Shown: positions 53,581 through 64,000 of the stretch, piece after piece
Numbering within the stretch: the first letter of the stretch is position 1
Layout: each line of letters begins with the position of its first letter
Origin: Laetmonice hystrix
Taxonomy: Eukaryota
DNA: 64,000 nt
Direction: 5' to 3'
Assembly: GCA_965235115.1 (NCBI GenBank)
Contig: OZ249436.1
Coordinates: 11,472,001 to 11,536,000, forward strand
Position numbers and translations under genes: made by a program
The notes under the pieces: model-generated
Seen by the model: only the letters and a program-made list of their open reading frames with translations
Database searches by the model: none
What the model was told of the DNA's origin: nothing

Positions 53581-56500
53581 AGTTTTTGCAAGTTATTGGT
53601 TAAGATCGGTAGAACGCCGTTGCATCAGAAAAATCCAAATTCAATGAAGATTCTTTTGCAGTGACCGCTACATCGTGAGTAGCAATCGCAGGAGTGCGGA
53701 ATCCCCATGATTGGCATTACATCTCACTTTGCCATCAAGTCTGAAAATCAAAAACTCCCCGCCTTGTCCGTATCCTTTACAACCAGCAGGTCTAGTATTT
53801 GTTAATGCCATTCACCCGAGGGAAATCCTACACTTCCCCTGGTGCAACTACACAACTCCCAGTGAAAACCAGCATAGAAAACTGTAACCCGCTGAAATAC
53901 ACCACCGGTACTCTGCATAAAGCGAATTTGAAATATAAAAATGTATCCTCGCAACCAGAGCAGAAAGTAGTAAACCTCACACCTTCCACCATACAACATC
54001 GAGACATAATGCAGACTGTCCCATCTAACCTCTCGTTTGTCAGATATCTCCATTTACATGACATATGGACTTCATCATTAACCTGCTTAAGATAGTGTGA
54101 AATATAGAACTGCAATTTGAGTCATTGCATGACTACCGGCTGTTCCATTCTGCATGTCTCCTAAGCGGAACCATTTCCTTCCTTACCTCTGCATGCTATT
54201 CTTCATCGTTTAACAATAAAATACTGTTATATATTTGAAAAATGTCATTATCCTTGGAGGAGATATGCTCAATTTTATTGGACGAACGTTTAACTGTTAT
54301 ACCATAATACCAAAGTCATAAACTTTACTGATGCATGCCAACCCATATCTCTTTTCGTACCCATGGCACAGACAAACTGTACTTGTTGACTATAATACAT
54401 ATATACTAGTAATTCAGACAAATGTCTTTTCTTGACAGGTTACGCCTTTCGGGAATTTCCTCTTATGATGTAAGCATTATCATTTATCCAACCACATATA
54501 ACCGTTATTTGAGAATCTTTAATTCTTAAAATATCATCGTATCTCTTTGAATGGCGATCACATCTCTTAAACTCATTTTTGAAATTATGTATCTACATTG
54601 CGCTTTTGAGTTTTCTTAGAATTATGCTAGCGCTGGTGACATCAAATTTATGCTAATGATGTGACCTGGAGGAAGATGGCCGCCTCCCAACAACATTTCA
54701 AAGACGAGTTTCTGCCCACCTTTTTTAGCAAAACTTCTGTTATACCAGGGTACACTACTGGACACATTTATGGCAAATGAAAGGTTAATCTGTCAACCTA
54801 TCTTGACAGATCGTATAATTGTGACATTCTTCGTCATGACTTTTCCTTCAAGTTATGTTGTATTTTGGGGACAACTGAGGGAAGTATGTTGTACCGACTG
54901 CTCACGTAATCACACCACCTGTCTCGTGGAGGTTCGTTCTGATAATCACATAGTCTTTCAGCCAGTTGGGGTCTTGCCAGTGAAGAATGTTTAAGAAGAA
55001 GTTACCTAAACATTCCACCTGGACAGTGTGAGACGGGAAGTGTCCTACATGGTTACTCATCTGTCTCTAGCTATAACAATTTTCATCGCCTGCTCTTAGG
55101 CCTAATACCAAACGTTTTGCATGATATACGATAAATATTTACAAATACACATTTTGCCAACAAATAGTCTTAGAAATCCTACCTCACAGCAGTACTTTTC
55201 ATTATTGTACTTTCTTCATGTTTTTTTCTAGTATAAATATTACGGATTCCAATGCGTATACGAATTAACCCGAAGGGCATTGAAAAATTTCATTATGATC
55301 CTGCTGTTCAAAAAAAAAATCATTCCGACCTGTTCAATATGATCTCGAGTAGGCCTCTGTGAACTTTGAGTCTAATTAGCGTCAGTGCAGACACCCGTGG
55401 CAGTCTGAGGAGGCGCGTACCGGGTCGGTTTATGAGCTGGCATACTTCTTCCTGAACCGGTTTTTAGAATGATTAACAAACACCTCATGGACTGGCGCGG
55501 TGACAGACAGGAAGAAAACGTCTATCCGCAACCTTACACTAGCTTTCCCTTTGTCGTCTCACCTAGCTACTTCATCTTTTGTTTGAGGGATCCAGCGATT
55601 CATCAAAATACCACAGATCCACAAACGCAATGATGGGCCAGTTAGGTTACAATGGTAATGTCCGGGTGTAGTTATTGTTCGGAAATCTGTATGGTCGTAG
55701 GTTATCAAGATAAAATAATCCGATCAACAATAAGCAATAAACAGGGCGTAGAGAATGGAGCTAATTCACGGCTCACAGACATCCAAAATTAACAATAGTC
55801 GAAGGTATTCGGCCGCCTTTTTTGCGACCGTTTGGAAAATGTAACTTTGAGTACGCCATTCTGATCTTTACAGTCCCACTGTCTTTTTAACCAGGACCCA
55901 TTGTTTGTCATCCCGCTGACGGGGTTTGTGTTGTAAATCAAACAAACAATTTTAGGTAGTGAGACTTAATACTGCTTTTTATCGGTTGACGACCTTTTGA
56001 TGTCTTTTCTACCAGCATGTTACGGAGGGCAACATTTTGATGTCCATCCTAAATCACAAGAATACCTCTTTATGCTTTGGCGGTTACACCATGCCAGCTG
56101 TGATTTACTAATTAGCTATTCCATCACCTATAGCTTTCCCATGGAAGTCTACAATAATTATGAAAAATAGTGGAATGAAAGTCGAAAAGCTAAATCTCAC
56201 TATCATGTATTAGTTTTAGAGATTAATGGTATTTTAGCTCTTTGAGAGTTGTTTCTATGGAGACATCTTACACACCATTGAGACGTCAATGATGGCATGT
56301 CTGTAACACCGTGGGATATGTCTGAAACGGGCCTCTACACGTCATAAATCACTTCTCCGGCAAACACTGCCAATCGGTACGTAATCCTTTGCATCCGTAA
56401 CCAAGCATGAAAGCACGGGGAATAAAACCCAGCCTATAATGAGAAAAACGATGTTCACGACAAAGCAGGAAGCATCCCAGTTGATTGTTGAAAATTTACT

Positions 56501-57146
56501 CGGAACGATGCGTCTTTATTAACTGGTGTTGGATTGTGTGCTGGTATTAGTTTCAATTTCTTATCACCCTTATAGTACGTATGTCATACTGTAAACTCCC
56601 TTGTATGACAAACATTGTTGTTTTGCTATAAATGCAGCTAGAACAACTCGCGAACAGGTTGTTTTTATTTCATATCACAGCAAATATTATTGTATTTTTC
56701 ATATTTTTTCTATTCGTTCTTTTCCTCATTTGTTTCTAACACAACAACATGTAATCTATGAAATAATTTAGATATACCAATATGTGAACGTTTACAATAA
56801 TATCCATGGTAACAATCATAACAATGGCATCAAAAAATGTAATATATTGCAAGTCTTACTAGTATCACTGTTAAACAATGTGACCTTTTGTTTAATGTTC
56901 CTTTTTGGCGAGCTTTGAAAGAGAAGCACACCGCCCACAGGAATTACAACGTTCGGTCTCACACTTGGCTATAAAGGCAATCAACGATCAAACTTTTTCA
57001 GTTTCATAGTTTCATTTTTATATATAGTAAATACGTGAAATGAAAAATTCATGTACTTATTACCTTCACTAGTGAATGAATCTCTCTTTCTAAATTTATG
57101 AGCATACTTAAAAAAACCTGAGGCATTTTCTCTTAAATATAGTTAA

Positions 57147-57378
57147 AGCAATCAGAGTATCTCTCATTTCAATGACTCCAAAATGCATACATGGACTGTG
57201 TGCCGACGAATTTCATTGGCTGTTCAAGTCAATGCCAGGTAAACAACCAGTCATGAAACGATCGCTTCATTGCGACAACAGGCAACTGGAATGTAGAATT
57301 TCATTAGATTTCTCCATTTCCTCACAGTCCAGGTATGCATTTTGGAGTCATTGAAATGAGAGATACTCTTTGATTGCT
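57147..57378. mobile_element. TTAA-flanked MITE (Kolobok-like) with ~45-bp TIRs
   Basis: TTAA|AGCAATCAGAGTATCTCTCATTTCAATGACTCCAAAATGCATAC ... GTATGCATTTTGGAGTCATTGAAATGAGAGATACTCTTTGATTGCT|TTAA. Confidence 0.88.
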
Positions 57379-60300
57379 TTAATAGTAAAATTGGCTGTTA
57401 CAAAGGTACGCATAGCTATTGAGAGCCAATTATATGATCTCACTGCTCTTCAGGTCAACTAGACATAGAGAGAGCCAACTGCTTTACACTGCTGAAGGTC
57501 ATTCTTTGACTTCTAAAAGGCACCCGTCGTCCTTTTTCAGCGTTTATAAATAAATGAAAGTCAACCCTTCTATCACCCCTGACCGCTTGGATGTCAGCAT
57601 GACAAAGCCGAAATGCGAACGTTTGATTGATATTCAACAAGGGTAAAAGGCTACCCTTTATGACCTTACGGTGGTATCCTGGGGAACCAACACCATAATC
57701 TGGACCTCATACAGACCCCTTTCTCCCAGACAAATAGCGCAGACTAAAATAGATCCTTCATAGTTCCTTCAATGCCTGTCTCGTATATAAACCTATATAA
57801 ATGTAACCCTATCATGTGTTTTTATCTTACTGCGTATCTGTGAACTATCCGAAGGCTTATTGTGGTGAATGAACAGAATTACATGTATTCAGCTGAAAAC
57901 AAACCTTTTTGCAAAGGTCTAATCAAAATATTTGAAAACGGGGGCATTTCTAAGGAATATACAATACAATTTAGTCTTGCTTTAAGGTATAGTCTGCCAC
58001 TTTTTAGACAACTGTTCAACTACAAAGTTAGTGCTTGTCAAGAGGTACAAACTTAAAGAGGTACACACCTCCTCCCTGAGGTTCAACAGTGAATGAGCCG
58101 CGGTACTCGTACATTAACAAAAGAAGTGGATGGAAAGAAAGATAAATGACCAAATGAGAGTCACCCAAGGGGGGAAAAACTGGCCAGAGCTAGACATTTT
58201 GGTCAGCTGCCATTTTTCCCTCCAGTTTCAATTAAGGAGCTCGCACACTAGACACCTACACTCAGAATGTCGTTTTATCTTACTTAGAACTAGGACAAAA
58301 CTTTTAACACCATTCCAGTGAAGAAAATGTATTGGAATACATTTTTTACAATATTTGTACTTTTCTTTTCTTTTTCATTGGAAATGTAGAAAAGATTCCT
58401 AATGCTGCAATAGTGTATTCATGACATCGATACAATTTCTTATAATTGCTCTCAAACTGACACTATCATTTCCTTGATCTATAAAAGGTAATACGCCCTC
58501 CATTCTGTCTGACAAGGAGGGCTAGTGAGAGGAAACGCTCGCTCTAAAGACGGCTATACGTAAATGCAGACAAGGCGTTTTAAAAGAATTTGAAATGAAA
58601 AAGCATTCGCAAACACGAAAACTTGGTTACTTAGGAATAGTAAACTACGTGTATATTATACTGGCGACAACTTTCGCGATGATTCCTGCATATAACATAA
58701 TAGCACCTGCTGCGTGCGTATCAAATGACATTCAATAACATCCAATATAACTTTTCACTTTGTAGTTTGCCAATATTTTCCTTTCTATGATTCAAAGGCG
58801 AAGGTTGATCCAGGAATGTGTTCTTTTATTCCGTTCCCCAAGCATCTCTTTTCGCTTTACTCCGAAGGTCAAAAAGCTTGTGACTACAGTGGCCACTGCT
58901 GGGGGTGTTACCCCTGGGTCAACCTTATCCTTTCCTTCAATTGTTAAGGCCCTCCAGGAGAACATTGTGCGTTGAAACCCAGTCTTGGTTCACTGCCTCA
59001 GTGTTTCATAACACCGCCAGTATTGAGGTCATCAACAGTGTCCCAAACAGAACGATACCTTTTCTAATACTCACTCATACACAACCAGAATCTAACAATC
59101 TGCATCAGATAGAGTTTTCCGTATCAAAATTAAAAGAGCCACAAAACAGCTGACGAAACACTGTAGGTGTCGTCACACAAGAGGGTACCATTTAACAATA
59201 TAAATCTCAAGTGAAAACATGCATACGGATTTTTAATTAATAATGGTTTAATGTTTTAGGAAATAGACTCAATTAGCGTTAATCGATTGAATTTACATAA
59301 ACTTAGTTAAAATAAAACAGACAGCGTCAAGGTGGCTGACTTGTCGACCTTTTACAGTGCTCTCCTCATCGTAACCAAATCCAGACAGACGGAGGCGAAA
59401 ATAAAATTCGCTGCAGTAAAACCATTTTACTTTTTTAGCTGTTAGTTCTTGATTGGCAGTATCAAAAAGGGCTGTAGTTTATGTCTGGATGAAATAGTGG
59501 ACTGACAGAACATGGGAACTATGCCATCTCACTTCCACCACACGAACAAATTTACTTTTATCTCTTCCTGAATCACATAACCTAACTGGGAGGGGAGGGA
59601 CAAGCATACCAAAACAGTGGTGAACTGACAAAGACCAGCAACGTGGGCGAATTCACTTTGCTTGTTCATCTTTATCATTCTCCTCTCCCGCAATACTTTC
59701 TATAAAACCCCACTTCACATTTTCATACGAGTTGGTTTCATTAGATGCTATATTATAAATGGCCTGTAAAGTCTCCACTTTCCTTTGTGTCCAAAATGTC
59801 TTGAGTCATTTTGTAACTTTGCAGTACTTTTAGCATGAGAACCCTCTGTTGATAGTTTGCTCTACATGGCGTAGCTCCACCTTTTAACGGGTCCTTTCAA
59901 CTATAGCCTCTAGACCACACCGTCAGAATGGCGCCTTTCAATTGAGAACTTATCCTGTGACTGCCTATTTCTGGAAAGGCTGTTATTATACGATGTGCTA
60001 AGAGTACACCTTCCTTTTGCGGTGCAGTTACCGCAGTGTAGTTATCTAGAGTTCTAGCATATCTCTGCTACAACCAGATAAAAGGTCATGATGTACGAAC
60101 GTTGGCCTGACGCGAAATTGCTTAAAATTGCTTCTTGACGTTACACAGAATATCAGCCTGTGCCATTGGAGAAATTACTGTATTATCTTCACTGACCCCC
60201 CCCCCCCCGCCCCCCACCCCCACCAACGTATTAAGATCAGACTCACTCTCAAGTATTGAGGTTCAATTTTACGAAAGATTATCCCCCCTTGCAGGCGAGG

Positions 60301-62036
60301 GGTTGCAGGAAGACATCATTTGCATTAAGCAGGATCTTTCAAGAGGAAGAGCTCAAATATTAATCCTTCCTTCTACAATACCATCTTTCTTGTCATCATA
60401 ATGTAGATCACTTCCTCAAAAATACCATTGAAGACATGTTAATTATGAGGTTTTATAACATTGTGTGAATCCACCTTTTTCCTTTACTGAGCAGGAAAAG
60501 TGGTCCACGTCCATTAAAGGGTCATTTTCTTGTCAGATGGTATCGAGTATCGCATGCGTAACATTTATCACAAATCTTTACTTCACTCACCACGTGATTT
60601 CAACAGACAGGAATATCATTTACGGGACATGCAACCTAAAGCGAAGGTAACGATGCAAACTTGTCCCACAGAACACAAAAAATTACCGACTCAGGAATTT
60701 GAGAATCAATCTGTTTTTACTAACACGGGTATAGCAGAGCTGTATACAAAATTAGAGGGGTTGTCCCGCTACCTTCTTCATTATGTAGTGGCCATTTCAG
60801 GATGTGAAATCTGTCTCTGTGGAGACCAATAAATTATCATACCGTTCTCAAAACAAAGAGCAGATGGAAAGCAATTCATGCTCAGCTTAATTATGGTAAT
60901 ATTGCTATCAACATGCACTTGATAACTTACAGTACGCTGCCACGGTACGCTGCCACGGTATCTCATACAGATTTGACAGCAGCATATGTTGGCAGATCAA
61001 CTATGTTTGGTCCTTGAAGTCATGCTCTGTATTACAGGCTAATTGCTCACACGTTAGTCTGGTGTAAATGAACATCAACTGCGACTATTTCACCGCGCCC
61101 GGTACTATCTCTTTGTGAAGTGGCTTGCCAACAGGCAACAGGTACCCAAAGACGCAGTTACTTAAAGCGACAGGCACAGGGCCCTTTCATTTTCTTGGTT
61201 CTTAGAAAAATATTTACAATCGTATTAATCCCATGTGAAGAGCTCTCATACTGTATGCATGGGCCTTATTAATTGTCACCAATTGGCATTTTAAATCCCT
61301 TAGTTCTCTGCAACTCGAGTTATCCACACTATTATACTGGAACATTGAGGTCACTATACGTCTCCAGCCACACACTGCAAAGGGTAGCAGGCGCGTGTCG
61401 GGGGGGGGCTCTGGTTTTTTTTAAAGACACTGATAATTTACTGAAAACAAAAGAATACTGTTGCCAAGAATACGGTATGCACACTCTCCGCCCCCCCCCC
61501 CCCCCCCATGGATGTACAAGGGCGGATCAAGGTAGGGTATACCACACACCACCACACACTTGTAATATTGACAGTACTAACTAGTCAGTAAGGGGGAGAT
61601 TTGTTCCTTGACTTGAGCCTTGAGTTTGTCTATTTTTTTAAATAAGGATCCTACTCCAGTCCTAGCCAGATGAAGCCTGTATGCCCTGGTTATGACCGGC
61701 AGAGTGGGGCGTTGAAATATCCAACCTCGGTCTGTCCCATCTTCCCTCTCCCTCTTATTTATGGCAGGTGTCTACAGGGTCAAAATATAATAAGTTGAGG
61801 CATCCATGTCTTGGCAAAGCGGCTCGACACGTGTACTGCTGACACTCCCCGTAAGCTACCCCAAGACACTGGTGTCACAGCCAGACCTGTGGGGTGGAAA
61901 ACACCGTTCCTGCCCTGTCTGTGCAAGTACAACATCCAGGCTGTGGAAGCATACACCCTCCATGCATCCTGAAATCATGGGCTTATAACGTTAGAAAATA
62001 GCGACCGATCATATCTTCACATAAAGTCCAACTTAC

Positions 62037-62620
62037 CTGATCGACAAAACGTCCTAGGTATCAATTTTTGGAGGAAGGTTTGTGCGTTCCGACAGAGCAG
62101 GGAATCTTGGCAGTGACTCTCTCCACAGCTCAGAGCACCCCGGTTAAGGCGTCGACGTCGGCGTGCTTAAGATCGGGGGTGGCAACGGGTCTCGTGCACA
62201 CCCAGAACGCCCCGCGTGAGGGCCTGGCCGGCAGGGGCTGAGCGTGATACACCTCCTTAGTGCAGCGATCCGGAACCGCCAAAGTCCTCAGCCAACCCCG
62301 CCGCCACCGCTGTCGTCTGCTCGCCGTCAATCCACTCAACTGTGACGACGTCGGCGCTGCCGCTGGATCCTCATTGCAGGTTAGGACATCGGTATTCAGC
62401 CGGACCGCCACGGCCCCCTCGACAGGCAGCGTGGGTTCCACAGGGCGGCTTCAACGTGAAACCAAGCGTGCCGTGCCAAACCAAAATAGTATAGCGGACG
62501 GTCCAAAGGTCCACATAAACCGGTTTTTCCGCCCGAACACAGGGGAAGGCGATTGCCGGCGGTGGCGGCGAGATCTACTCGGCGCCCACGTGACTCGGTC
62601 ACATTCAGCCACGGTCGGGT
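62037..62620 (-). promoter_or_regulatory. CpG-rich candidate promoter / non-coding first exon (possibly of the cadherin gene)
   Basis: Most GC/CpG-rich non-repetitive block in the window by eye. Contains an E-box (CACGTGAC, ~62587). Ends on the minus strand at a consensus donor CAG|gtaagt (62037/62036). The 5' boundary is approximate. Confidence 0.45.
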
Positions 62621-63054
62621 AACTGTCACAGGTCTAGCGATCTGGATAGTTCAAGATTATAAACTATAGGCCTTTAATGGGCTACATCTCGGCGGATCAG
62701 CCCCCCCCCCCCGGCACCATTTTTTCCTCTCTCTCCCTAACTTTTTTAAGTTCACTAAGTTGGATTCAGCTTCTTGGCCAGATACCCCCACCCCCATCCC
62801 TTCTCTCTTTTCAAAATCCGGTATTCACCCTGGGCCCAGCTATCGAGGCCTGCCATTGTCTCTCGTTCAAAAGTTATTCAATTTTTTTTTTTAAATCAAC
62901 AATAAGACTGTTCCTGGTGAAATCTTCATCACTGTAATTGGCCTAAAACTTGTCCTGGATAGGCTAAAACTTACACAACCTGACTAAATAAATTCTCATG
63001 ATAGGATTTGAATACTGCACAGAAGCCTAAATAGTTTACGCAGTGGCAAAGTTG

Positions 63055-63264
63055 AAGCGATGAATTGCATTGGCTGTTCAAGTCAATGTCAGGTAAGCGA
63101 TTTTGTCAACAACCATCCATAAGACGATCGCTTCGACAACATCAGACAACTGTAATGTTGAATTCTGGGAGCATTCAGTGATTTATGTAGTCCAGACCTT
63201 ATCCAACAGCCCCTGTCTTCTTTTTGGAGTCATTGAACTACGAGATAATCGTGAATGGCTTTAA
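63055..63264 (+). mobile_element. Decayed second copy of the 57147-57378 MITE family
   Basis: Shares cattggctgttcaagtcaatg.caggtaa, acgatcgctt and ttttggagtcattgaa in the same order, ending in gctttaa. The left end is not recognisable. Confidence 0.65.
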
Positions 63265-63274
63265 TGGTTGGAAA

Positions 63275-63637
63275 CACTGGGGGATCCAGGGGGGGGCCCA
63301 AGGGGCCCGGGCCCCCCTTAAATTTTCCTTCCGCCCGCTTTTTTTTTTAAAGAAGATGCATTATTCAGACCCTGAAACCAGTATAATGTATTCCTACAAA
63401 ATTCTTTTTTTAAAAAGCCTCCTATATTGTACGTGATAGTAACATCGGGCCCAAAAGGGCCTCCTCAGTCATCCAGGAGCAACATAACTCTGGGCCATGC
63501 AGCATTGAAATAGACCAAAAGGGGCCCGAAACGGTCCCGATCACAATAAAATCATTCCGAGCGTAGCGAGGCTAAAAATTTTTTTAGGTGGGCCCCCCCC
63601 CCCCCCCCCCATTATCAAAATCCTGGATCCCCCACTG
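63275..63637. mobile_element. hAT-like MITE with 5-bp TSD
   Basis: CACTGGGGGATCCAGG ... CCTGGATCCCCCACTG (one mismatch) flanked by ggaaa on both sides. Confidence 0.78.
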
Positions 63638-64000
63638 GGAAAGAATGCCGGCGAAAACCAGTGCTGCTTTGTGCCCCGCGAGGCTCTAGACTGCCTTGCC
63701 CTTGGCCCTCCACTTCCCATCGTGTTCCTACGCCCCTGGAAGCCACCCTGCCCTGCATGGTTCTCACCCGTATTACTCTCGATTTGGGTTGACACACACA
63801 TTTTAAGGGGATATAATGTCAGTGGTGGTCCACACGGACCGTAGGAAAGATGCCGAGTAAAAAACGTATTGTATGTGACATACAGATCACAGTGCACACA
63901 AGGGAAGGGCGACAACCACGTGTCAGCCTCGATATTATATAAGGCCGATTATATAAACATTGGCATATCTATAGACGATTTGGTGGGAGCGGTAAAAAAC

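Noticed and set aside
62130..62629. 103-120 aa ORFs in the CpG-rich block
   Set aside because: Non-ATG starts and no recognisable homology; expected by chance in GC-rich DNA.

Overview
Eukaryotic genomic DNA, most likely from a marine invertebrate (inferred from the gene and the repeat types), with low coding density. The only protein-coding gene I can support is the 5' part of a minus-strand Cad99C/PCDH15-type cadherin. Seven coding exons (7437->96) with canonical GT-AG sites join in frame into 308 codons: signal peptide, EC1, EC2 and the start of EC3. The gene runs off the left edge. Its ATG exon has a splice acceptor, so an untranslated exon lies further upstream. The best candidate is a CpG-rich block at ~62.0-62.6 kb ending in a perfect donor, which would imply a ~54.5 kb first intron. 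Near the middle of that interval (35790/35791) is a textbook recursive-splice (ratchet) site with a 135-nt RS-exon-like unit; this is the most interesting signal in the window. The non-coding DNA also holds a 5.5 kb double Helentron/HINE-like element with ~146-bp arrays packed with TGACGTCA palindromes, two foldback-type elements, several TTAA- and hAT-type MITEs, minisatellites and decayed LINE/SINE fragments. I saw no rRNA, tRNA gene or CRISPR array.
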